From positions 1 through 38,028 of the forward strand of contig JBCDEZ010000007.1 in NCBI GenBank assembly GCA_039179045.1: DNA of 38,028 bases. The letters are read 5' to 3'. The stretch comes from Chlamydiota bacterium. GTDB taxonomy: Bacteria > Chlamydiota > Chlamydiia > Chlamydiales > SM23-39. Each line of letters starts with the position of its first letter. The first letter of the stretch is position 1. The position numbers were made by a program, and so were the translations under genes. Under the pieces are notes generated by a model that was not told where the DNA came from, did not search any database, and saw only the letters and a list, made by a program, of their open reading frames with translations. Of the stretch, positions 1 to 9,492 are shown one piece after another.

Positions 1-396
1 CCAAAAGCTACTGAGTCCCCCACACGGAATGATCTCGTATCCCTCTTCAAGATATTGGTCAAGGGATGCGTCCTCGTAGAGCTCATGAGATGCAGAAAAA
101 GCCAAGAGGGTTTCATGGCCGTAGAGAAGCTCTTGGAGCTTCTCTTCCATTTCTAAGTTTCTTGCAGGCTGGTTGGGGAGCGCTCCTTCCCTTGCTAAAA
201 GGGCCAGGTAACTTAGGGCTTGTCCTATCTCTTCGAGGGAACGCTCTTTCATGATATCTCCCGACTCGAAGTCGCCTACCATCTGCAAGACTCCATCGTA
301 GGTGTCGGGTAATTCCCACTTTTTCTCCTCAATACCGAAGAGGGAAAAGGTGGTGATGAGAAGGATAAGGCGAAGGAAAGGACCGAAGAGACGCAT
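1..396 (-). CDS. Hypothetical exported protein, 5' part only (runs off the window edge)
   Basis: Not in the ORF track. ATG at 396 preceded by AAGGGG; open for 132 codons to position 1: MRLFGPFLRLILLITTFSLFGIEEKKWELPDTYDGVLQMVGDFESGDIMKERSLEEIGQALSYLALLAREGALP...YEIIPCGGLSSFW. The N-terminus resembles a signal peptide. Confidence 0.75.
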   Translation of the reverse strand, partial: MRLFGPFLRLILLITTFSLFGIEEKKWELPDTYDGVLQMVGDFESGDIMKERSLEEIGQALSYLALLAREGALPNQPARNLEMEEKLQELLYGHETLLAFSASHELYEDASLDQYLEEGYEIIPCGGLSSFW

Positions 397-696
397 AAAT
401 CCCCTTATGGGATAGAAATGGCTCAGACTCTAAGAGACGGAGAAAAAACAGTCAAGGAATTACCTTATCTCAGAAAATCTCGTCTGTTTCCTAGATGGGA
501 CATTGAGATAAGGTTTGGGTTACTTCGCAATTTGATAAACGCACTTGAAAAGTGTAAGAGCCTTGCTACTTTGACAATCTACATTGGAATGCATCCAGTC
601 GGCATTTCGAGACGGCTGGTGGAGACGTGTTTGAGACGCTTCGTGACGCAAAATCAATAGAGAAGGTACACTTTTGTCCGATGCTAAGGAGGAAAT

Positions 697-1788
697 ATGT
701 CTCGCACCGAAAGGGTTTTGGGAAAGCGTTGTTTAGCCGTTTTGATGGGTTTCAACCACCACATCCTCGACCACATCGCTCCTCTTGCTGCTCTCTTGGA
801 TATTCCCCTCCTGATTACAGAAGAAGACAATTATGCTCTTGCTCAAGAGTTCTATCCCATGGTAAATACCCTCTACCAGGAAAGGAGCGAAGCCTCCTTA
901 GAACGGCTCGCAAATGAGTATGACGCGCTTTTTCGTTGCACGTTCAATAGCGCTTTTTTAGCTCGTTATTTTGGGGAACTTTGCAAAAAGCCTGTACAGC
1001 TCATCTACTGCCCGCATGGAAACTCAGACAAAGGTCATATTGACCACTCTTTGCTGGGACAGCTCAAAACCCAAGATGGCGTACTCTTATACGGACAGCA
1101 TATGATCGATCGATTCCAGAAACAAAACCACTGGGATTCTCTGCCTCCCCACGCCATCACGGGCAATTATCGCTTGGAACTCTATCTCGAAAACCGCACG
1201 TTTTACAACAATCTAGCGGAGGAAAAAATCTTTTCGCACCTCCCTAAAAAACGCTATACCCTACTCTATGCTCCTACTTGGAACGATTATGAGCATCTCT
1301 CTTCTTTTTTTGAACGTGTCGAAGAATTGGTCACACACCTGCCCGAAGACATCGCTCTTTTGATCAAAACGCATCCACTTCTCGAGGAGACAGCGCCCGC
1401 TGCCTTTTTTGCGGCTCTACCCGCAGAGCTGCCCGATCGCGTGAAAATGATGGACGATTTTTCCCCTATCTACCCACTACTCGACCAAGTAGATGGCTGC
1501 ATCTTAGATTTTTCCTCGATTGGGTACGATGCGCTCTTTTTTGAAAAACCCCTCTTTTTCTTCGATCCGATCCCCAATGCCAAGGGAGCTGCTATCCGAC
1601 AGTTGCACCAAGCAGGTGTCGTTTTAGAGGGGAAAGGAAAAGAGCTTTACGCATCAATCATCCCCCATTTGGAAAATTGGCGGGGGCAAAAAAAGCAACA
1701 AGAGCTCTACCAGTACGCATTTGGCCCAAGAAGAAACAAAAACGCGCTACAAAAATCGGTAGCTGCCATGTTGAGCGCCAAACGCTGA
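697..1788 (+). CDS. CDP-glycerol glycerophosphotransferase (TagB/TagF-like, GT-B fold) family protein
   Basis: Motifs PHG, LLYAPTW, IKTHP, LDFSSIGYDALFFEKPLFFF; AGGAGG RBS upstream. Confidence 0.75.
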   Translation: MSRTERVLGKRCLAVLMGFNHHILDHIAPLAALLDIPLLITEEDNYALAQEFYPMVNTLYQERSEASLERLANEYDALFRCTFNSAFLARYFGELCKKPVQLIYCPHGNSDKGHIDHSLLGQLKTQDGVLLYGQHMIDRFQKQNHWDSLPPHAITGNYRLELYLENRTFYNNLAEEKIFSHLPKKRYTLLYAPTWNDYEHLSSFFERVEELVTHLPEDIALLIKTHPLLEETAPAAFFAALPAELPDRVKMMDDFSPIYPLLDQVDGCILDFSSIGYDALFFEKPLFFFDPIPNAKGAAIRQLHQAGVVLEGKGKELYASIIPHLENWRGQKKQQELYQYAFGPRRNKNALQKSVAAMLSAKR

Positions 1789-1844
1789 GGCCTATTTGTT
1801 CTACGTGCGCCCTTTCTCCTGCCCGCAACGGCCCCTCCTAGCTC

Positions 1845-1873
1845 TTGATTCTTAATAAGAATCTCGATAAATT
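1845..1873 (+). promoter_or_regulatory. Putative sigma66/sigma70 promoter overlapped by a perfect palindrome
   Basis: TTGATT-N17-TAAATT; palindrome GATTCTTA-A-TAAGAATC at 1847-1863. Confidence 0.4.
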
Positions 1874-1942
1874 ATTGGTAAATCATTCGTATTCATCAGT
1901 TACGCAATGTCCACCAAATTATCGATTGCCTTGGGAGAATAA

Positions 1943-2659
1943 ATGGACACAACAACGATTTCAAAAGATTTGAAAACGCAGCTACTCAGCCACCTAAAGA
2001 AGATCAAGTCGGCTGATTTGATTAGCACTTACCTCTTTTTCGTGCAGAAAAAGTTGCGTATCCAGCCCATCTTATTCCCGAAAGAAAAAATGATTTACGA
2101 GAGTCTGGACACCCTCATTTCCAAATTGGAAGGAGAAGGGCGACTTTGGCACGAGACAGAAATCTCGATACAGTTTGTGAAAGAGAGCGTGAATGAAGAT
2201 ACTAAGAAAATTTATATTTGTCCCCACACAGGGAAGGTGTTTGGAGATAACACGCATCCCAACCCTCAAGACGCAATTTACGACTGGGTCTCACAGTGCC
2301 CCGAAAACAAAGACCGCGTAGGAGGACTCCCTTTAAAGCGATTTTTTGTTTCGGAAGATCCCGAAGTGATCAAAAGTTACATCAAAGAGCGCAAATCTGC
2401 GATCAAAAAAGTCGTCTACTCTTCGGTCATTACAGGAAAGCTTTTCCATAGCAAAGAGGCTGTTTTAGAAGACTTCCGAAAAAACCACATCAAGAAACTC
2501 TCCCTTTTTGAGGTGCAAAACCAAAACCGCTTCCAAATCGCAGACGAGCTACTTGCCCTTATCCAGACGCACCTTACCGAAGAGGGAATTACACAGTTTG
2601 TAGAAAGCTTGTCTGCCTTCCCCGAGTTTTCTTCCTACATCAAGCGATGGACGGGATGA
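1943..2659 (+). CDS. Chlamydiae-conserved hypothetical protein (DUF2709 / CT538-like)
   Basis: KKIYICPHTGKVFGDNTHPNPQDAIYDWVSQCPEN motif; lies directly upstream of tsaE as recalled for Chlamydia. Confidence 0.75.
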   Translation: MDTTTISKDLKTQLLSHLKKIKSADLISTYLFFVQKKLRIQPILFPKEKMIYESLDTLISKLEGEGRLWHETEISIQFVKESVNEDTKKIYICPHTGKVFGDNTHPNPQDAIYDWVSQCPENKDRVGGLPLKRFFVSEDPEVIKSYIKERKSAIKKVVYSSVITGKLFHSKEAVLEDFRKNHIKKLSLFEVQNQNRFQIADELLALIQTHLTEEGITQFVESLSAFPEFSSYIKRWTG

Positions 2660-2665
2660 TTCTGT

Positions 2666-3088
2666 ATGCCTGCAGTAACTGTGTCTCTCGAGGAGATGCT
2701 TCAATTGGGAGATAGAATCGCGCAGGACTACTTCCGAGCGGGATGGATTGCGGGATTTCAAGGTTCTTTAGGAGCCGGGAAAACAACTCTGATTCGCTCG
2801 ATTCTGGGATCCTTGGGATTTTCGCAAACCCTCATCACCAGCCCCACTTTCTCCTATCTCCATGTGTACGACCCTCCACGGGAAGACCTTCCCCCTGTCT
2901 ACCATTTTGATTTGTACCGAATGACCGAGGTCTCTTTCCTACAGCTCGGCTTTCCCGAGTACCTCGAAGACCCCAAAGGAGTCTCTTTGATCGAGTGGCC
3001 CGAAAGGCTCCAAGAACGCACTCCCGAGAAAATGCAAACCTTCGAAATGCGCATGGTAGGGGAAGACAGAAGGAGGGTAGCATGGTAA
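2666..3088 (+). CDS. tsaE: tRNA threonylcarbamoyladenosine biosynthesis ATPase TsaE
   Basis: GSLGAGKTT Walker A, ITSPTF, YHFDLYR, LIEWPE. Confidence 0.95.
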   Translation: MPAVTVSLEEMLQLGDRIAQDYFRAGWIAGFQGSLGAGKTTLIRSILGSLGFSQTLITSPTFSYLHVYDPPREDLPPVYHFDLYRMTEVSFLQLGFPEYLEDPKGVSLIEWPERLQERTPEKMQTFEMRMVGEDRRRVAW

Positions 3089-3657
3089 AGGGCGTATTTC
3101 TTGGCTCACATCCCTCTTTAAGTGACTTTCACAAGCAGCACCCTGGGAAAAGAGGCATTCAACAGTTTATCCTGGTGGGCCGCTCCAATGTGGGTAAATC
3201 AAGTTTGATCAATTATCTCTTCGGCAAAATTGCAAAAACGGCGAAAAAGCCTGGCAAAACAGTCATGCCACAGTTTTTTCTCACTCCGCTAGGGATCTTC
3301 ATCGATCTTCCTGGATACGGCTTTGCGCGCGTATCCAAAACAATCCAATCTACTTGGAACTCCAGCATATTGAGTATTTTGGAGAAAAATGTAGACCTAA
3401 GCTGCATCTTATTTCTTCTCGATATCCGGCATAACCCGAGCCTGGAAGATCTGGAAATGCTTGCTTGGATCCGAAAAAGCGGACTCCCCTGTTTCCTCCT
3501 TTTTACAAAAAGCGACAAACTGCGTCGCCAAGAAAAAGAAAAAAGGGAAACTGCTCTACAAAAAGAGCTCGGCATCCGTGGCATAGCATACAGCTACCGG
3601 GAGAAGTCAGGAGCTAAAGAACTGTTAATGAGGTTACAAAATGGGACTTTTGCGTGA
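3082..3657 (+). CDS. engB: Ribosome biogenesis GTPase EngB/YihA/YsxC
   Basis: G1 GRSNVGKSS, G2 PGKT, G3 DLPGYG, G4 TKSDK. Start moved to ATG 3082 (AGGAGG RBS, overlaps the tsaE stop). Confidence 0.93.
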   Translation: MVKGVFLGSHPSLSDFHKQHPGKRGIQQFILVGRSNVGKSSLINYLFGKIAKTAKKPGKTVMPQFFLTPLGIFIDLPGYGFARVSKTIQSTWNSSILSILEKNVDLSCILFLLDIRHNPSLEDLEMLAWIRKSGLPCFLLFTKSDKLRRQEKEKRETALQKELGIRGIAYSYREKSGAKELLMRLQNGTFA

Positions 3658-4390
3658 AGAGACATTTCTTTGTCTCGATTTAGAAACTACAGGACTCGAT
3701 CCCAAAAATGACCAGATCATCGAGGTTGCCTTAGCGATCTTTACCTTTGATCAAATTCTGACCTCTTTTCAAAGTCTGGTTGATCCGAAATGCGTGATCC
3801 CAGAAGAGTCAATTCATATCCACGGAATCGACCAGACCATGGTAGGGGGCAAACCTACGATTGGCTCGATTCTCCCTGAAGTGTTAGCTCTCATGGATCA
3901 CTATACGATTGTAGGGCATGGAATCGATTTTGATATCACAGCACTACATGCTGCAGCAGAGCGAGAGCACATCCCCCTTCCCAACCCCAAACCTAAGAAA
4001 ATCGATACTTTAAGGATGGCGCGCATTTATGGAGAGAGTCCTATCAACTCTTTGGAAAAACTGCGCGAGCACTTCCAGATTGCGTTTGAAGGAGCGCATC
4101 GCGCGATGAATGACGTCCTTGTCAACATCGAAGTATTCAAGTGCTTAGCGAAGGACTATACGACTGTGAAGGAGCTCGAGAAGATTTTGAGCAAACCAAT
4201 CCGAATGCAAAAGATGCCTTTGGGCAAACATAAGGGGAGAAAATTTTCCGAGGTGCCCTTAGAATATCTCAAATGGGCAGTAAAGAAAAACTTTGATAAC
4301 GATCTCTTGTTTTCCATACGATCCGAGCTAAAGCTGCGCAGAACCCGCCAGTCTTTCGAGCAGTCTTCCAATCCATTCTCCGATCTTTAG
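3641..4390 (+). CDS. dnaQ: DEDDh 3'-5' exonuclease (DNA polymerase III epsilon-like) with C-terminal DUF3820-like domain
   Basis: ExoI LDLETTG, ExoII GHGIDFD, ExoIII HRAMNDV; C-terminal MPLGKHKGRKFSEVPLEYLKW. Confidence 0.88.
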   Translation: MGLLREETFLCLDLETTGLDPKNDQIIEVALAIFTFDQILTSFQSLVDPKCVIPEESIHIHGIDQTMVGGKPTIGSILPEVLALMDHYTIVGHGIDFDITALHAAAEREHIPLPNPKPKKIDTLRMARIYGESPINSLEKLREHFQIAFEGAHRAMNDVLVNIEVFKCLAKDYTTVKELEKILSKPIRMQKMPLGKHKGRKFSEVPLEYLKWAVKKNFDNDLLFSIRSELKLRRTRQSFEQSSNPFSDL

Positions 4391-4822
4391 AGAGTTTTAG
4401 CCCGATTACGGAAAGGGCAAAAGAGGGAATGGACGCTCAAAAAAACCAAGCGAAAAGGTTTGCATCCGGTAAAGAACCGCGGAAGATTTCTTTAAGCGTG
4501 GTGTATTCTTGGATCAAAATAGCGGACTGCAATAACACCCTGCCTTTCACGAGCACCTCTTCAATTGCAATGTAACGTTATCTCTTAGAGCTCTTAGATC
4601 CTTGAAAAACGAGCTTATCTGCAATGCTTTCTGGAGATCGGATAGTACCAGTAATCTGCAATCAACCCCCCAACAAATAGAGTTATGAGTAGCGCTACCA
4701 GCTGAGAAACTATACCTTTTCCACGAGCGTCTTTTCCCCGTTTCCGCCCTCTTTTCCAAGAGTCGTAGAAGCTGAGTTTTCTTGACTTAATGCATTTAAC
4801 CGATTTACAGTTTTGTAATAGT

Positions 4823-6025
4823 ATGATGAATAAATTATCCCTTCAAGATTTGCCCTTACAGAATAAGCGCGTACTGATGCGTGTCGATTTGAACGTTCCC
4901 CTACGCCCGGATGGATCAATTGCAGATGACGCGCGGATCGTTGCCTCTTTGACGTCCATTCAGTACATCTTGAATCAAGGCGCGTCCCTTGTGCTTATGA
5001 GTCATTTAGGGCGGCCAAAGGGGAAAAAAGATCCTAATCTCTCGTTGCAGGTCGTAGCAGACCGCCTCTCAGAGCTTTTGGGACAACCTGTCCTCATGGC
5101 AGAAGATTGCGTAGGTCCAGCAGTCGAGGAGTTGAGCGCAGGGTTGGAACCTCAGCAAGTCCTCCTCCTCGAAAATCTCCGATTTCATCCAGAAGAAGAG
5201 CACCCAGAACAAGATCCCTCTTTTGCTGCGAAGCTCGCGAAGTTGGGAGATCTTTTCGTCAATGATGCCTTTGGGACAGCACACCGCAAACACGCTTCCA
5301 CCTACGAGGTGCCTCAACTATTTCGAGGCAAATCGGCAACGGGATTCCTTGTCGATAAGGAGATCGCCTTTCTTGGAAACGTATTCAAGAACCCCAAACG
5401 CCCTTTTTTCGCGATCATTGGAGGCTCAAAAATCTCCAGCAAACTAGGCTTAATTCACAACCTACTCGATAAAGTCGACGGTCTTTTTATCGGAGGGGGT
5501 ATGGCCTATACCTTTTTAAAGGCAGGGGGACAGAGAACAGGCACATCGATTGTGGAAGAAGACCAGATGGAAAATGCCAAAGAGATCGTCAAAATTTGCG
5601 CTGCCAAGGCCGTGCAACTTTGGCTCCCCTCTGATCTGTACATTGCTGATGCTTTTTCTGCCGATGCAAAGCATGAAGTGATTGGAACTAAAGATGCGAT
5701 ACCTGACGACTGGCAAGGGATGGCAATCGGCCCGAAAACCTGCGCCGACTGGCAAGAGGCTCTTGCCAATGCTCAAACAATTTTTTGGAACGGTCCACTA
5801 GGGGTGTTCGAATTTCCCGCTTTTGCGGATACAACTTTTGAAATGGCTCGCTTCCTATCTAAATCGCCTGCTACAACGATTGTAGGAGGAGGGGACTCGA
5901 TCAGCGCCATTCGCCAGCTCCATTTAGAAGAACGATTTACCCATATCTCGACAGGAGGCGGGGCCTCCCTTGAGTACATCGAATTCGGCCACTTGCCAAG
6001 CATCGATATTTTGACAGACCGCTAA
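4823..6025 (+). CDS. pgk: Phosphoglycerate kinase
   Basis: RVDLNVP, SHLGRPKG, LLENLRF, NDAFGTAHR, GGGDS, HISTGGGASLE. Start ATG at 4823 or 4826. Confidence 0.98.
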   Translation: MMNKLSLQDLPLQNKRVLMRVDLNVPLRPDGSIADDARIVASLTSIQYILNQGASLVLMSHLGRPKGKKDPNLSLQVVADRLSELLGQPVLMAEDCVGPAVEELSAGLEPQQVLLLENLRFHPEEEHPEQDPSFAAKLAKLGDLFVNDAFGTAHRKHASTYEVPQLFRGKSATGFLVDKEIAFLGNVFKNPKRPFFAIIGGSKISSKLGLIHNLLDKVDGLFIGGGMAYTFLKAGGQRTGTSIVEEDQMENAKEIVKICAAKAVQLWLPSDLYIADAFSADAKHEVIGTKDAIPDDWQGMAIGPKTCADWQEALANAQTIFWNGPLGVFEFPAFADTTFEMARFLSKSPATTIVGGGDSISAIRQLHLEERFTHISTGGGASLEYIEFGHLPSIDILTDR

Positions 6026-6210
6026 GTTATTCTTTACTGAAAAACTGTATTTCTTTATGATTTAAGCAAATAAAGGGATTTTTGGTGAGTTTCTTTATTG
6101 CTATATGAAAAAATTGTTTAGATGTATTCCGAATCTAATAGATATCTTTTTTGTCTGCTGCTAAGCAATTCTTGTTGCTGTTTTAGATACGCAAGTAAAG
6201 AAGACAGCTG

Positions 6211-7773
6211 ATGAACAAGACAAGTCAGAAACCCTTTGGGAAATTCCGCGCTTTTTTGCTCCCTATCCATTCTCACGAGTGCAAAAAGTTCGTTCCCATG
6301 TTTCTGATTTTCTTCCTGATCGCCTTTATCTACAATTTGCTACGCGCATCGAAAGATACCCTGATTGTGACAGCTGCCTCCTCGGGTGCAGAAGCTATTC
6401 CCTTCATCAAGGTCTGGTTCATGCTTCCAATGGCTTTTCTCATGACGTATGTGTTCACCCGGATTTCTAACCGCTTTTCTAAAGAGCGTTCCTTTTACTT
6501 GATGGTGAGTATCTTCCTCGGGTTTTTTTTCCTCTTTACTTTTGTTCTATTTCCTAACCGAGACCATTTACACCCTCACACATTTGCAGATACCGTGCAG
6601 TCCTATCTTCCTCTTGGTTGTAAAGGATTTGTTGCAATCTTTCGCAATTGGATCTTTTCCCTTTTTTACGTAATGAGTGAGTTATGGAGCGCAATTATCT
6701 TTACGGTAGTTTTCTGGGGCTTTGCGAATGAAGTGACCTCGATGCGAGAGGCAAAACGCTTTTACGGCCTCTTTAGTCTGGGCGCCAATATCTCAGGCAT
6801 TGTAGCAGGGAAGGTGATCCTTGTCTTGTCCAACAATCTTTTTTTTCCCTCCCTACCCTACGGAACCACACCCTGGGAGCAGTACATCTTTTTCCTCAAC
6901 GCGACCATCTTGATAGCAGGCCTAGCGGTGATCGCGCTTTTCCGAGTTTTGTACAAACGCACCCTTGCCTTCGAAAAGGTCTCCCCCACAAAAAAACAAC
7001 CTAAAATGAAGATGTCCCTTCGCAATAACTTCCGCTACCTGCTCAAATCGCGCTATCTCTTATCGATTGCTCTCATTGTTCTGGCTTACAATGTTTCGAT
7101 AAATTTAGTAGAAGTTGTATGGAAAAACCAGGTCAAGCAACTTTATCCAGACCCTAGCGATTTCACCTATTTTATGGGACAGGTGATGATCTGTATGGGC
7201 TTGTTGGCAACGTGCACCTCATTTTTCATCACAGGATTTTGCCTACGCAGATTCAGTTGGACAACCAATGCGGTCATTGCGCCTCTTGTCATGCTGATAA
7301 CGGGTGGAGCCTTTTTCTTTGTTCTTCTTTGTGACTATTACGGCTTTTCCTTTTCACAGGCATTGTTGGGTAGCTCTTCTCTTCTTCTGAGTGTTATTTT
7401 GGGAACCGTGCAAAATTGCTTCGCAAGAGCATCGAAGTACACCTTGTTTGATGCAACGAAAGAGCTCGCATTCGTTCCCCTTAGCAAAGAATCAAAGTGG
7501 CGAGGAAAAGCTTCGATCGACGGGGTGGGATCGCGACTCGGCAAGTCGGGCGGTTCTCTGCTCTACCAGGTTCTTCTTATGGGATTTGTGACGGTATCTG
7601 CCACCATACCGATTGTTGCGCTCCTTTTTTTCGGCGTGATCGGAGTCTGGATTACCTCGGTTGTTTCCCTGGGGAAAAAATTCTCTCTTCTCTCTTCTGA
7701 AGAAGAGAAAGAAGAGACAATACGAGACGCGGCTCCTATTCCTGCGAAACCAGCTATGGAAAAGCCTATCTAA
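6211..7773 (+). CDS. npt: NTT/Tlc (Npt) family nucleotide transporter; Npt2-like by gene neighbourhood
   Basis: About 12 TM segments; KDTLIVTA, AEAIPFIKVW, YVMSELW, FWGFANE, EAKRFY, KYTLFDATKE, KASIDGVGSRLGKSGG. Confidence 0.95.
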   Translation: MNKTSQKPFGKFRAFLLPIHSHECKKFVPMFLIFFLIAFIYNLLRASKDTLIVTAASSGAEAIPFIKVWFMLPMAFLMTYVFTRISNRFSKERSFYLMVSIFLGFFFLFTFVLFPNRDHLHPHTFADTVQSYLPLGCKGFVAIFRNWIFSLFYVMSELWSAIIFTVVFWGFANEVTSMREAKRFYGLFSLGANISGIVAGKVILVLSNNLFFPSLPYGTTPWEQYIFFLNATILIAGLAVIALFRVLYKRTLAFEKVSPTKKQPKMKMSLRNNFRYLLKSRYLLSIALIVLAYNVSINLVEVVWKNQVKQLYPDPSDFTYFMGQVMICMGLLATCTSFFITGFCLRRFSWTTNAVIAPLVMLITGGAFFFVLLCDYYGFSFSQALLGSSSLLLSVILGTVQNCFARASKYTLFDATKELAFVPLSKESKWRGKASIDGVGSRLGKSGGSLLYQVLLMGFVTVSATIPIVALLFFGVIGVWITSVVSLGKKFSLLSSEEEKEETIRDAAPIPAKPAMEKPI

Positions 7774-7816
7774 ACCCATTTCTTTTGCCAATAAGGCATG
7801 CTTGCTGTCTATATTG

Positions 7817-7847
7817 GAGAAAAGCCTCCCGCTTTTGCCTCTTTTTT
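7817..7847 (+). terminator. Putative intrinsic terminator after npt
   Basis: GAG-AAAAGC ctccc GCTTTT-gc-CTC followed by TTTTTT. Confidence 0.45.
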
Positions 7848-7921
7848 ATTGTGTATTGTTGGGTGTAGAGTCTATGATTTTGTAAGTAGGATTCCGACTC
7901 CTTTGTTTGTTACAGGGATTT

Positions 7922-8431
7922 ATGTATTTTTTATCAAACAGTTTATCTCTTATTCGCGCGCCTGCCGCACTTCTTTTTCTGCACACCAGTGCCTCATGGC
8001 GGCTTTTTGCTCTTTGCATTGCTATCCTGAGCGACAGCATCGATGGCTGGATTGCCAGGCGTTATGGAGTAACGACCGTTTTCGGATCGGTCATCGATCC
8101 CCTGATGGATAAATTTTTTGTCTACTTCGCTCTCATGATTCTCTTCCTAGAGAGCAAAGTCCCCCTCTGGTCATTATTTGCCATGACCTCAAGAGACGGC
8201 TTTGTCGTCTTGCACGGCGCCTATTTGAAATACAGCAAAAAATGGCCCAATCACCAGTTCCGTTCAGCCATCTTTGGCAAAATCACCACAGCAGCGCAAT
8301 TTTGCGTACTTGTGGGCCTGACGCTTGGTTGCTCTTTTCCTTCCAGTTTATACTGGGTTTTTGTAGTATTTGGTCTAGGTGCGTTTTTAGAGCTGTTCTT
8401 TCGCAGTCAGCACACTCCCGTTTCTGAGTAA
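7922..8431 (+). CDS. pgsA: CDP-alcohol phosphatidyltransferase (PgsA-like)
   Basis: Signature DSIDGWIARRYGVTTVFGSVIDPLMDK; NSLSLIR; GKITT. ATG 7922 preferred as start. Confidence 0.85.
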   Translation: MYFLSNSLSLIRAPAALLFLHTSASWRLFALCIAILSDSIDGWIARRYGVTTVFGSVIDPLMDKFFVYFALMILFLESKVPLWSLFAMTSRDGFVVLHGAYLKYSKKWPNHQFRSAIFGKITTAAQFCVLVGLTLGCSFPSSLYWVFVVFGLGAFLELFFRSQHTPVSE

Positions 8432-8451
8432 TCATACCCCATAGGAGATAT

Positions 8452-9492
8452 ATGGATCCTGTTCACGAATCGATTTTTTCGAGTACAATTCGTAGTTTTT
8501 GCAAGGCTTTCTCCGCTATGATTGGTATCGGAGTCTCCTTGATCCCTCTCATTCTTCTCTTGGGATCTTTCCGATCAGATCAGCCTACTTCTCCAAAAGT
8601 AGATGCGAAGTTCTTACCTGATCTTGCCGGCAATGTGGAACCGTTGTCCCCCTCTTCGCCTGTTATTCTTCGAGTGAACATTCATGGGATCATCGGAATG
8701 GAAGGAGGGGTGCTGGCGGACGATCTCGATCTTATTTTGACCGAGTCGAGAAGAGGCCAGTTCGCTAACGATCGAGTAAAAGGCGTTCTCTTGCACATCA
8801 ACACCCCTGGAGGTACGTCAACCGCTTCTAATGCTATGTACCAGTACCTCGAAGAGTACAAGAAACAGTACAATGTGCCCATTTTCGCCTATGTAGAGGG
8901 CCTTTGCGCCTCAGGAGGAATGTATCTAGGATGTGCGGCAGACAAAATTCTCTCCTCAGACATGTCTGTTATTGGATCGGTTGGCGTGGTTGCAGGTCCT
9001 TTTTTCAATGCCTACACGCTGATGGAGAAAATTGGCTTGGAGGCCAAGACCTTGACCGAGGGAAAAGACAAGGACTCACTCAATATGTTCCGCCCCTGGA
9101 AAAGTGACGAGGGAGCATCAATCCAAGAAATCCTAAGCGCACAATACGAGCGTTTCGTCGATCTCGTCGCGCAATCTAGGCCGAGAATAGACAAAGAGGC
9201 TTTGGTGCAGACATATGGAGCGCAGCTATTTGATGCCGCAAAGGCGCAAGAGCTCGGTTATATCGATGATGGGAACTCTTCTTATAAGAAGACGCTACAA
9301 GAGCTTCTCGTAGCCGCAAACATTGAAGAGGGAACCGAGTACCAAGTGGTAGAGATGTCACCGAAAAACTCTTGGTTCGAAGACCTTTTCTCTGGTAAGT
9401 CTTATGCTTGGCATCAGATTCTCAGTTCCCTTTTCTGGGGACGAGGCGAGCACCTTTGCCTCTTCCTTTCTGACGTCTCTCACCATTCATGA
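8452..9492 (+). CDS. sppA: S49 family peptidase (SppA/SohB-like)
   Basis: N-terminal TM, INTPGG, CASGGMY (catalytic Ser), IGSVGV, YERFVDLVAQSR. Confidence 0.9.
   Translation: MDPVHESIFSSTIRSFCKAFSAMIGIGVSLIPLILLLGSFRSDQPTSPKVDAKFLPDLAGNVEPLSPSSPVILRVNIHGIIGMEGGVLADDLDLILTESRRGQFANDRVKGVLLHINTPGGTSTASNAMYQYLEEYKKQYNVPIFAYVEGLCASGGMYLGCAADKILSSDMSVIGSVGVVAGPFFNAYTLMEKIGLEAKTLTEGKDKDSLNMFRPWKSDEGASIQEILSAQYERFVDLVAQSRPRIDKEALVQTYGAQLFDAAKAQELGYIDDGNSSYKKTLQELLVAANIEEGTEYQVVEMSPKNSWFEDLFSGKSYAWHQILSSLFWGRGEHLCLFLSDVSHHS

Noticed and set aside
2995..3081. Extended engB start given in the ORF track
   Set aside because: Overlaps tsaE by about 90 nt; ATG 3082 has a strong AGGAGG RBS and gives the normal family length.
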